NCBI RefSeq assembly: GCF_001194135.2
Contig: NC_068990.1
Coordinates: forward strand, 63,905,441 to 63,939,699
Reading direction: 5' to 3'
Source: Octopus bimaculoides
Lineage: Eukaryota
DNA: 34,259 bases
Part shown: positions 1-10,484 of the stretch, piece after piece
How the letters are laid out: the number at the start of each line of letters is the position of its first letter
How positions within the stretch are numbered: the stretch's first letter is position 1
Notes under the pieces: model-generated
Database searches by the model: none
What the model saw: only the letters and a program-made list of their open reading frames with translations
What the model was told of the DNA's origin: nothing
Program-made: the position numbers and the translations under genes

Positions 1-39
<39 letters not shown>
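1..39. repeat. (TA)n microsatellite next to the exon 1 acceptor
   Basis: Direct reading. Confidence 0.98.
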
Positions 40-42
<3 letters not shown>

Positions 43-56
43 TTGATTTTACTCAG

Positions 57-210
57 ATATAATGCACCATTTAAGTCAACTATTCAGACATGGGTTCAAA
101 ACTTAACCAGTACAACGGAGATAATAGAAAATTGGTTGGTCGTTCAGAACTTATGGATCTATCTGGAAGCAGTTTTTGTTGGTGGAGATATTGCAAAGCA
201 ACTTCCTCAG
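57..210 (+). CDS. DNAH5: Axonemal dynein heavy chain (DNAH5/DNAH8-like), exon 1 in window
   Basis: ctcag|A TAT AAT ... CCT CAG|gtatgt; encodes (R)[51 protein letters not shown], a recognisable dynein linker segment. DNAH5 versus DNAH8 orthology is not resolved. Confidence 0.95.
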
Positions 211-922
211 GTATGTATTAATGAAAAATACAATACAGAAACATAATGCACAAATAAAGTGTGTGTGCGCGTGTGTGTGTGTGTAGGCAGCACCATCTTA
301 ATAGCATTCAAGTGTGATCCCTTCATCAGAAGTCAATTGGAATCATAATAATTTCAGCATCTAAGACAATACTGTTCACTCCAGACAAATTAATGCACTG
401 AGACCTATGGTATTTATTTATTGACTACAGTCACAGCATACATAGATTAGAATTAGGCCCTAGCCCCAAGAGGTGGCCAGGCACTTGTTCAATGTGCCTA
501 TGTCTAAAGACAGCACTGGACATGAGTGATGACAGTAAACAGATAACAACAGTAACCATATTTAGCATTAATAACAAGGACTGGAAAGATTTAAGCTTGG
601 TAAATATGCCAGAGCAGAAAATAAAATAGGTGTGGCAGAGTTTCATAGACAGTTCAAAAGCTGAGTGTTTCACTTCTGGCATCATCCATGCATGACCCTT
701 TGACAGAAGCCAAAAATACAGAAGTAATGACCAGCACATCCTTGATGAGCTGAGTGTGTGATACCAAATGGCTTTGTAAGTTGTTGTTTATAGCAGTCAC
801 CAAGAAGATACTAATGCACCCTGCTGTACTCTAGTTTCTGGATGCTAAACTGAAGCCAGCAAGGACCCTGGCCCCAAATGATATACTTGACTCCCTCCTA
901 CACATCTCTTTTTTTTGTTTTT

Positions 923-1152
923 TTTTACTTGTTTCAGTCATTTGACTGCAGCCATGCTGGAGCACTGCCTTTAGTTGAGCAAATCGACCCCAGGACTTAT
1001 TCTTTGTAAGCTTAGTACTTATTCTATCGGTCTCTTTTGCCGAACCGCTAAGTTATGGGGATGTAAACACACCAGCATCGGTTGTCAAGCGATGTTGGTG
1101 GGGACAAAAACAGATACACAAACATACACACACACACATACATATATATATA
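923..1152 (-). mobile_element. SINE family A, 3' half
   Basis: TTTTACTTGTTTCAGTCATTTGACTGCAGCCATGCTGGAGCAC block shared with copies at about 5100, 7566, 11225, 26126, 26785 and 30808. Confidence 0.85.
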
Positions 1153-1420
1153 TTTGCTCTTAATGGCCCTGTCTACAGTATTGTTCCACCACCATGTTAC
1201 CCTGGGTCTGGAAGGGACTTTGCACCAGCCACAGATTTTTCTGTGGCACTCAGCAAGCTGTCTCACAGGAATTCCCAGCGGCTTTCTATGTCACAGGACT
1301 GTAGCTCCTCCTCCTTATCATCAAATTTCTCAGTAAGGATATCCCTAAATCTCTGACATGTGAAAGGTTCTTAAGCTTCCAAGTCCTTCTTTTCCAGACT
1401 AGTCTTCAGATACCATGCTG
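1153..1420 (-). mobile_element. RTE-clade LINE fragment (region between endonuclease and RT)
   Basis: Minus strand reads ...RFRDILTEKFDDKEEELQSCDIESRWEF...ICGWCKVPSRPRVTWWWNNTVDRAIK; the TWWWN motif precedes the RT in RTE elements. Confidence 0.8.
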
Positions 1421-1604
1421 AAATAGAAAATAGTTTGTTTTTTTCTAATGCTTCAAGGTAAAAGAACTACTTGAGTCAAAATTTGTCTTTTCTGCCTCTA
1501 AAATGGGAGAGAGAAAAATTAAAACAATAAAACTCCCTCATCCTTTTACAAATAATCCATAAACAAGACAAAACATTACTCACATAAGGCAATAATAATG
1601 ATAA

Positions 1605-2095
1605 TAATTATTTCTACTCTTGGTACAAGGCCTTGAAAATTTGGGGTGAAGGGGGCTAGTCAATTACATTGGCTTCAGTGCATAAGTGGTACTTATTTCA
1701 ACCCTGAAAGAATGAAAAGCAAAGTTGACCTTGGCAGAATTTGAACTCAGAATGTAGCAGCAGACGAAATACCTCTAAGCGTTTCACCCAGCATGCTAAT
1801 GATTCTTATTTCTTTATTGCCCACAAGGGGCTAAACATAGAAGGGACAAACAAGGACATACAAAGGGATTAAGTCAATTACATCGACCCCAGTGCATAAC
1901 TGGTACTTATTTAATCGACCCCGAAAGGATGAACAGCTAAGTCGACCTCGGCGGAATTTGAACTCAGAACGTAGCAGCAGACGGAATACCGCTAAGCATT
2001 TCGCCTGGTGTGCTAACGATTCTGCCAGCTCGCTGCCTTATCATGCTGATATCAGAATCATTAGCATGCTAATGATTCTGCCAGCTCGCCACCTA
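1605..2095 (-). mobile_element. Nested SINE family B (one copy at 1807-2038 inside another)
   Basis: Two copies of GACCCCGAAAGGATGAA...GAATTTGAACTCAGAA; 17-bp repeat AGCATGCTAATGATTCT at 1790-1806 and 2063-2079. Confidence 0.85.
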
Positions 2096-2115
2096 ATAAT
2101 GCTGATAATAATAAT

Positions 2116-2519
2116 AATGGTTTCAAATTTTGACACAAAACCAGCAATTTTAGGGGTAGGAGTAAGTTGATTACATTGACCCCAGTGTTCAGCTGGTACT
2201 TATTTTATCAACCTCCACTCACCCACCCACCCACTGATCCACAAATTTTCATTCCAAATGAGAGCACTTGACTGCTAACATCCAGCGAAAACGATAATAA
2301 TAATAATGGTTTAAAATTTTGGCATAAGGCTGGCAATTTTACGGGAGGGGATAATTTGATTACATTGACCCCAGTGTTCAGCTGGTACTTATTTTATTGA
2401 CTTTCACTGAAAAGATGAATGTTGACCTTGGTGGAATTTGAACATAGAGCACAAAGCTGGAAGAAATGACAGTGAGCATTTTGCCTGGCATGCGTATTGT
2501 TCTGCTAGCTCACTGCTTT
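2116..2519 (-). mobile_element. Two decayed SINE family B copies (~2116-2215, ~2304-2519)
   Basis: GATTACATTGACCCCAGTGTTCAGCTGGTACTTATTTTAT present in both. Confidence 0.75.
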
Positions 2520-2535
2520 AATTATAATACTAACA

Positions 2536-2900
2536 AGAGCACTCAGAGAGTTCAAACCTCCACCAAGTCAACATCAACGTCCTCTCAATGATTATCCAAA
2601 GATGATTTTTAAAATGAGAATATCTGAAATAAATTCGATTGCTCTCACAAACGAGAATACTAAAAATGAACCAGACCACTCACAAAAATTAAGTAAAACA
2701 ACAGGCAAAATAATCCAGAATCCTTGTTCAGTACCAGATCGATCCCTAAATCTAATCAGTTTGTCCTAGTCACGAGGCCAAATATCCCTGAAAGTTTCAT
2801 CTGAATCCATCCAGCAGTTCTTGAGATATCTTGTCCACAGACATACAAACACAGCTGTAAACGATACCTCTGCCTTCCGTAAGGTGGAGGTAATAATAAT
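2536..2900 (-). mobile_element. Non-autonomous element with subterminal inverted repeat and hairpin (Helentron/HINE-like)
   Basis: ACCTCCACC (2556-2564) is inverted to GGTGGAGGT (2883-2891); hairpin TACCTCTGCCTT-ccgt-AAGGTGGAGGTA; family assignment is inference. Confidence 0.55.
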
Positions 2901-3135
2901 GGAGTCTTAAATGACTCCATTATTATTATCTTCATTTAACATCTGTTTCCTATGTTGGTATGGTTTCTATAGTTTGACAGGCTTTGTTGTCTGTTTGCCA
3001 TGGTTTCTATAGCTGAATGCCCATCCTCATGCCAACCACTCTACAGAGTGTACTGGTTTTTTTTTATGTGGCATTGTCACCAGTACTTGTTATGTGGCAC
3101 AAGGGAGGGGTTACATCAGCACCAATGCTTGACTG

Positions 3136-3830
3136 GTATTCATTGATCCCTAAAGGATGAAAGGCAAAGTCAACCTCAGCAACATTTGAATCAAAAACGT
3201 ACAGCGAGAAGAAACAATGCTAAGCATTTTGTTTGATGAGCTAACAAGTCTGCCAGCTCACCAAATAATTTCTTTATTGATCACAGGTGCCCAGTATGTT
3301 GGGTACACTACATAAGGAAAACACTATAAAACAACAAACAATAGGGATGAGTTTTACACTGAGTAACAGGGTAGGATCAGCAATAATAATAATAATTATA
3401 ATAATAAACCTTTCTGACACTTAATTTATCAACCCCAAAAGGATGAAAGGTAAAGTCGACCCCAGAGGCATTTGAACTCAGATCTTAAAGACAGACGACG
3501 TGCTGCTAAGCATTTTACCCAGTGTGTTAATGATACTACCAGCTCACCGCCTTGATAATGATAATGATAATAAAGTTTCATTAAGAAATAGATGATAACA
3601 GAGTTAATGAGGTGGTGATCTAGCTAAATTGTACCTATGCCAAGAAAAATGCTTTGAAGTATTTCTTCCAGTTTTACTTTTTGAGTTCAAATGCTGCCAG
3701 GGTCGACTTTGCCTTTTATCTTTTCAGCAGGGGTCAATAAAATAAGTACCATTTGAACACTGAGGTCAGTGTAATCAACTTGCTCCATCCCTCAAAATAA
3801 CTAGCCTTGTTCCAAAATTTGAAATCAATA
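3136..3830. mobile_element. Cluster of SINE family B remnants (3136-3262 minus, 3416-3553 minus, 3609-3830 plus)
   Basis: AAGGATGAAAGGCAAAGTC and its complement, GAGTTCAAAT B-box-like motif. Confidence 0.75.
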
Positions 3831-3942
3831 AATGGAATTAATAGTACAGAATAAAATAAGAACAAAGAAAGGGTTCCCAAAATAGAGGTGCAACCACAGA
3901 GGATGATTTGGGACTCCTCAAAACACAACCCAGGCTAATTCT

Positions 3943-4368
3943 TTTCTACTCTAGGCAAAAACCCCGAAATTTTGGGGAGGGGGCCAGTCAATTAAATCAA
4001 CCAGTACACAACTGGTACTTAATTTATCGACCCCGAAAGGATGAAAGACAAAGTCGACCTTAGCGGAATTTGAACTCAGAATGTAAAGACAGACGAAAAA
4101 CCGCTAAGCATTTTGGTCGGCGTACTAACGTTTCTTATTTCTTTATTGCCCACAAGGGGCTAAACATAGAGGCGACAAACAAGGACAGACAAAGGGATTA
4201 AGTCGATTACATCGACCCCAGTGCGTAACTGGTACTTAATTTATCGACCCCGAAAGGATGAAAGGCAGAGTTGACCTCAGCGGAATTTGAACTCAAAATG
4301 TAACGGCAGACAAAATGCTGCTAAGCATTTCGCCCGGCGTGTTAACGTTTCTGCCAGCTCGCCGCCTT
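3943..4368 (-). mobile_element. Two-unit SINE family B composite with 16-bp TSD
   Basis: AACCCAGGCTAATTCT at 3927-3942 and 4369-4384; CpG-rich, so probably young. Confidence 0.9.
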
Positions 4369-5099
4369 AACCCAGGCTAATTCTAACATGTCAAAGGTCA
4401 ATGCCTTCTCACAGTTTAACTTGCCACCTGCATAGTTAGTGTGGGGCTCATTTAGCTATCCCTGTTTCACCACTTTTACCCATCATCTATAAAATTAATG
4501 ACAGGCATTACCTTCCTCTCAAATCTCACCTCAGGTAGCACTTGAGAAAACCGATGACATTTTGTCTGAAAGGGAAAGCTTGGTCCTCAGACCTTTCAAC
4601 CATGTTTATTAGTTTATTATACAAATTCATTCTTTGTAGCTACCAGACAGGAAGACTATCTGTTGTTCTTGTTATAATTTTCTTTTTTATAGCCAAAGGA
4701 AAGGAAGGTGGTAGAATCTTCATCATAGATTCAGCTCCTAACTGGATCTGACTCACATATAATAACTTAGAGAAAGCAATTAGTATCAACCACTGCTTGA
4801 CTATTTAGGACAATTATCAGGGACTGTGTGTGGAGCCTCTATATGATCACTTGGACTTGCGAGATAATAATGGAAATCACACCTCCGTCTTAGAAAGGAA
4901 TACATCTGATAATGTAACCATGAGTTCTTTGCAGATCTTTGTAGAAAACAGACTGAATGGTTATAGCTGGAGGACCTTTGGTCATAGTTCTGCTCTATCA
5001 GAACTAACTTGAAGCTTGACAACAATAACTAACAGTATTTGTAACAAGCACATATTTTGTAGCTTTTTTATTCTTCGAATTGTTATATCTTACTCTATT

Positions 5100-5326
5100 C
5101 TTTTATTCTTTTACTTGTTTCAGTCATTTTACTGCAGCTACGTTGGGGCACCACCTTGAACGGGATTTTGTTGAACAAATCAACCCCAAAGCTTATTTTT
5201 TAAGCCTGGTGACTTATTCTATCAGTCTCTTTTGCTGAACTGCTAAATTTCAAGGACATAAACATCAATACCAGTTGTCAAACGATGATGAGAGGACAAA
5301 CACAGACACAAATACATACACACACT

Positions 5327-5367
<41 letters not shown>

Positions 5368-5522
5368 GACAGGCTTCTTTCAGTTTCTGTCTACCAAATC
5401 CACTTACAAGGCTTTGGTCGGCCCAAGGCTATAGTGGAAAACACTTGCCCAAAGTGCTACACAGTGGGACTGAACCCAGAACCATGCGTGTTCGGAAGCA
5501 AGCTTCTTACCACATAGCCATG
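5100..5522 (-). mobile_element. SINE family A, near full length (tRNA-like head, CORE-like TTGGGCAAGTG, central (TA/CA)n)
   Basis: Minus head TGGCTATGTGGTAAG...GGTTCAGTCCC. Confidence 0.88.
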
Positions 5523-5772
5523 TTTGTGTCTATACTTTATGCATGTTTTATAAATAATTTTACACTTGTGATATTTAGTATTGTTTAGCATGGATTCACC
5601 ATCTAATGGTTAACTCTAATTGTTGTAGCCTGTTTCCTGATGCTTTTGTGTTGCACAAAACTGAGTCCTTGATTCATTTGTTTTACTTTGTTGACAACAT
5701 CATTCATGAATTCTTTTGGGTCTTACCAAATAAAACAAAGATTTGTTTGGTTTTAATGCTTGAATACAGAAA

Positions 5773-6105
5773 GAAGGCATGTGGCTTAGTGGTTAGGGAA
5801 CTTGACTCACAATCATAAGGTTGTGAGTTTGATTCCTGGTGGTGTGTTGTATCCTTGAGCAAGTTACTTTTTTCACATTATTTCACATTGCTCTGGTCCA
5901 CTCAGCTAGCAAAAATGAGTTGCACCTGTAATTCAAAGGGCCAGCCTTGTCACACTCTGTGTCACACTGGATCTCCCTGAGAACTACATTAAGGGTACAC
6001 CTGTTTGTGGAGTACTCAGCTGCTTGCACGTTACTTTCATGAGCAGGTTGTTCTATTGATCAGATCTATAAGAACACTCATTGTCATAGCCAACAGAATG
6101 CTAGT
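5773..6105 (+). mobile_element. tRNA-derived SINE family C
   Basis: A-box-like TGGCTTAGTGG, B-box-like GAGTTTGATTCC, CCTTGAGCAAG; 3' part shared with 27646-27810. Confidence 0.85.
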
Positions 6106-6191
6106 TGTTATAGAAAAAAATGACATTGCGAGTGTAAAGTTTAATTTGTCTCAACCAAACAGTAACCCATTTCTACATAAAAATCTTACAG

Positions 6192-6458
6192 GAGGCGAAA
6201 CGGTTCAGCAATATTGACAAGTCTTGGATGCGAATTATGCAGCGGGCACATGAAATTTCAAAAGTCGTTACATGTTGTGTGGGTGATGACATTCTCTCTC
6301 GTCTTCTCCCACACCTCCTTGAACAGTTGGAAATGTGTCAGAAGTCACTGACAGGCTACCTGGAGAAGAAAAGACTCGTCTTCCCTCGTTTCTTCTTTGT
6401 TTCCGACCCTGCCTTATTGGAGATTCTTGGTCAAGCAAGTGACTCGCATACAATACAG
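6192..6458 (+). CDS. DNAH5: Dynein heavy chain exon 2 (89 codons)
   Basis: ttacag|GAG GCG AAA ... ATA CAG|gtcagt; [21 protein letters not shown]...[34 protein letters not shown]; phase 0/0. Confidence 0.97.
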
Positions 6459-6593
6459 GTCAGTGAAATTATTTACTCGGTTGCTAAAAATTGTTGATTG
6501 CTGTCCTGTTTGTTATTGGTGTATTTTGTTATTTTCAAGTTTCACTTTTTGAATGAGCAATATTTGTTAAGTATTTGTTATGAAGGTCTAAGC

Positions 6594-6909
6594 CAGGAGT
6601 TCTCAAACTTTTTGAGCTGCTGCTCCTTTTCACACCCAGGCCATATTCTTAGTTGCAAGACCCTACCATCACTCACCACCACAAATATAGAGCACTTTCT
6701 GCAGCAAATTCAAAACAACTGCATTTCACAAATAAAGCTTAACCTAATTAACCCATTATTTTGGGGCTTTTTTATACATCTATTATCCCCTTTTGGCCAC
6801 TCCATTATCATCCCAACTTTTCTTCAATGCCCCCCCCCTCCCCACACACACACCTCGGATCTTTCCACAACCCCCAGAGGGGCACTACTGCCCACTTTGA
6901 GAACCACTA
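6594..6909. mobile_element. hAT/Charlie-type MITE (316 bp)
   Basis: Imperfect TIRs CAGGAGTTCTCAAAC / CTTTGAGAACCACTA; 8-bp flanks GTCTAAGC (6586-6593) and GTCTAAAC (6910-6917). Confidence 0.8.
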
Positions 6910-7219
6910 GTCTAAACCACCAACTCTCGTTTTGTCAATAGATGAATTTCGTAAGTTTGTTTGCCTCAGTCAACTTAGCCAAAGACAGGCTTCACTCTTG
7001 CTTCATAGTCAAGTGATTAGGGTAAAACGAAATATTCAGCTTGGCCAGTTTTCTCTGTGGCTATATGCATCACATGGTGAAGGACTGCAACAAGCAATGA
7101 CTCATTGTGAGATCCGGCCAATACTTGCCAGCATGGGAAAAAGAATGCAAAAGGATAAACAAAATATTGTGTGTATGTCTCTCTCTCCCTCTCTCTTCCT
7201 CTCTGTGCACACTACTAAC

Positions 7220-7365
7220 ATTTTGCTTAATGTGCCATGCTAGAGAGCATAAATGGGGAAGTACAAAGGAAGGGAGAAATAAGGTGGATATAAGAGGAAT
7301 CAGATGTATTATGCAAGAGAAGAGATTGTGATGGCATGAGCAAATGATGCAGATGTAAAATGACA
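7220..7365 (+). mobile_element. RTE LINE C-terminal fragment
   Basis: KVDIRGIRCIMQEKRL*WHEQMMQM resembles the RTE motif LDIRSIRC..QERRLRWYGHV. Confidence 0.7.
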
Positions 7366-7565
7366 ATAACATAAGCAAGTGGCAAGCATTCAGAATAAAT
7401 AATGTGGAAAAAGAGAGACCGAGGAAGACTTGAAGATATTACGTCTTGCTATTAAATACATGTAACTCCAACCAAACGTACTGAGGGCTACTTTCTTTTG
7501 TTTGTTCATGCACTCATGGGTATGTGTGTGCATGTGTATACACACACACACACACACACACACAC

Positions 7566-7842
7566 ATTCCTTTATGCGTTTCACTCATTTGACTGTGGCC
7601 ATGCTGGAGCACTGCCATGAAGGGTTCTAGTTGAACAAATCGACCCCAGAACTTGTTTTTGTAAGCCTAGTGCTAATCCTATCGGACTCATTTTGCCAAA
7701 CTGCTAGGTTATGGGGATGTAAACTCACCAACACTGGTTGTCAAACAGAGATAGGGTGACAAACACTGTCACAAAGAAACACATGCGCACATATATACAT
7801 ATATATATATATATATATACATACACACAATGAGTTTCCTCC

Positions 7843-7899
<57 letters not shown>

Positions 7900-8052
7900 A
7901 TGAGTTTCCTCTAGTTTCCATCTACCAAATCCACACACAAGGCTTTGGTTAATCTGAGACTATTGTAGAAGACACTTGTCCAAGATACCATGCAGTGGGA
8001 CTGAACCCAGAACTATGTGGTAGGGAAGCAAGCTTTTTACCACAAAGCTACA
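7566..8052 (-). mobile_element. SINE family A
   Basis: Same blocks as 5100-5522. Confidence 0.85.
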
Positions 8053-8067
8053 CCCACACACACACAT

Positions 8068-8378
8068 ATATCATCATCATCATTTAACGTCCATTTCCCT
8101 GGCAGGTTTGGGTTGGATAGTTTGACAGGAGCTTGTCAGCCAGGAAACTCTCCTCTCTCCAATTGTCTGTTCTGGCATGGTTTCTGCAGCTGGCTGCATT
8201 TCCTAATGCCAACCATTTTACAGAGTGTACTGGGTGCTTTTTACGTGGCATCAATATGGAAGCCCTGAATGGGTGCTTTTCTATATGACACCAGCATGAG
8301 TGCTTCCTATTTGGAACTGACATGGGTACTTTTTATATGGCACCAGCATGGGTGCTTTTATGGGAGACACCAGTACCC
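8068..8378 (-). mobile_element. Family E repeat ((ATG)n-tailed) with internal ~26-bp minisatellite
   Basis: CATCATCATTTAACGTCC...TTCCTAATGCCAACC; GGGTGCTTTT units at 8232, 8271, 8298, 8324, 8350. Confidence 0.8.
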
Positions 8379-8379
8379 A

Positions 8380-8835
8380 TAAGCCTAAAGATCTCTCATC
8401 TGACAGAGAGACATGCCTGTATGTATTGAGAGTCACATGTCTTCTCAAGCACACCAAATCACCAGAAGTCTCAGTCCCTTGTCATCTCCTCAGTGAGGTC
8501 TTGTGTCTGAAGATCCTCTCTCACCACTCCAACCCATGTCCTCTTGGGTCTACTCCTTGTACATGTTCCCTTCACAATTAGAGATCAACACTTCTTTATG
8601 CAGCTGTCCTCATCCATACACATCATGTGACCATACCAGCACAGTTCTGTCTGGCACAGGACAGCAGATACCTTTTATATCCAATTCTTCTCTTAAATAA
8701 TTTACACTTAGTTGTACATGCACACTAACATTACCCATACAGCAGAGCATGCTGGCTTCATTTCTACCAAGCATTGGCATGTTCTCAGTAGCCACAGCCA
8801 TGTCTCATTACCACTCATTGACGCTGCATCAAAGA
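8380..8835 (-). mobile_element. RTE LINE 3' ORF fragment
   Basis: ETWAV...LGRNEASML...LREELDIKGI...MDEDSCIKKC...GTCTRSRPKRTW...DLTEEMTRD with stops and frameshifts. Confidence 0.88.
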
Positions 8836-9814
8836 GGCCAGGGAACAGAAGAAAGAAGACATGCACTCAACACCAGAGCTGAAGACACCTCCGAAAGGTG
8901 TGTGGGGGGGAACGTCAAAATGGTAGAGGAGTAGGGGTCGAAACCGGACGTGGTTCCTCCTGATGATGTCTTGAGCTAACTGGATCCTATAAAGGAGTTG
9001 TTGTGGTAGCAGACCACGAAACATGGTTGAAATACCTTCGTAGTGTAGTTGTTCATACACAAGCGTAACTGTTGTACACACTCACACGCATGAGCATGCA
9101 CACACACACATATATATATATACATGTGTGTGCTTATCTGGTGTTGGTTTGTTTGCATCAGTAGAATAAGTACCATCAGTAGAATGTACTAAACTTAAAA
9201 ACAAGGGCTGATTTGATTGGTTAAACCCTTGAAGGCAGTGCCCCAGCATAGCTACAGTTGAATAAATGAAGCAAGTAAAAGCGCCTGTACATAAATGTGT
9301 GTCTGTGTCTGTGTCTGGCTATGAACACATACACGTACACATATCTGTATACACAATGCACATACTTCTACCATCAATTCATGAACATTTTGTCTTTTGC
9401 AGATCCATCCCATTTAGGTTGGTATAGAAGAATGAATGGAAAATGTCAAATTTAATGGATCTCTTACTTATCTCCTAAATATTTGTAAGCCAGACTGTCT
9501 GCAAGATAGATTGATTGAAAGATAGATATTATTTACTTTACAAAAACTTTAAAGTTGATCAATATCGTATATATTGTATCATAAGTTACTTATAAAATAT
9601 TATTTAATGAATAGATAAATAATAAAGCAAAATTTAGGCAAAAATACACACATTTTTTATTTCAGAAGTGGGTGGGTGAATATCCTCTTTTATTTTATTA
9701 TCTATCTGAGAAGGAAGGGAGAACAAGCCCTCCCAATACATCTTGGGTACAAATGGGTGATTTTAATGTAGTTCTTATCATTGTTGTTTAACCTTATATT
9801 ATTGCTATTATTAG

Positions 9815-10195
9815 TTTGTCCATTGTTGTTGATGATGATGACCAAGGACAAAAAATAGGAGAAGAAGGTGGTTCACAGTGTGTCCAGGTGTGATTGATCA
9901 GTCCAATGCATGCTTGGAAGGCTCCACCACGCTTCAGGCACTGGTGGCTTGCTAGGACTGAGGGCAAGGAATTGTGCAGTTTGCATTTTCTTTGTGCATC
10001 TGCCATCCTGTTCTGTCTTGTGCTTGCATTTCCCAAGTGTTGAGGTTGATCTGAAAGCTCTTTAGTAAGTCTTTGAGTGTATCCTTTAGCACTTTTCCTG
10101 TACATCTTGTGTGTATTTGCCTTCCACCAGTTCACTCACTCTCTTGGGGAGTTCCATGTCAGGCACTTGAACAAAGTGGCCTGCCCGCCTGACTT
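9815..10195 (-). mobile_element. RTE-BovB-like LINE 3' end with terminal C2H2-like finger
   Basis: QVRRAGHFVQVPD...KDTLKDLLKSFQINLNTWEMQAQDRTGW...CLKRGGAFQACIGLINHTWTH; then GGTCATCATCATCAACAACAATGGACAAAC tail. Confidence 0.82.
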
Positions 10196-10208
10196 GCACT
10201 CTCTTCAG

Positions 10209-10318
10209 CATCAGCATCATCATTTAATGTCCTTTTTCCATGCTGGCATGGGCTGGATGGTTTGACAGGAGCTGGCATAGTTTCTATAACTAGATGCTCT
10301 TCCTAACGCCAACCACTT
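10209..10318 (-). mobile_element. Family E fragment
   Basis: CATCATTTAATGTCCTTTTTCCATGCTGGCATGGG...TTCCTAACGCCAACCACT. Confidence 0.8.
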
Positions 10319-10330
10319 ATATATATATAT

Positions 10331-10484
10331 NNNNNNNNNNNNNNNNNNNNNNNNNNNNNNNNNNNNNNNNNNNNNNNNNNNNNNNNNNNNNNNNNNNNNN
10401 NNNNNNNNNNNNNNNNNNNNNNNNNNNNNNNNNNNNNNNNNNNNNNNNNNNNNNNNNNNNNNNNNNNNNNNNNNNNNNNNNNNN
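10331..10484. other. Assembly gap (154 N); other gaps at 11491-11609, 13131-13140 and 13382-13391
   Basis: N runs, all within or beside simple-repeat tracts. Confidence 0.99.

Noticed and set aside
431-900. Minus ORF 431-739 and surrounding unique-looking intron sequence
   Set aside because: No recognisable motif, splice pattern or repeat structure that I can support.
8232-8378. CRISPR-like periodic repeats
   Set aside because: Degenerate tandem units without unique spacers, in a eukaryotic retroelement, with no cas genes.
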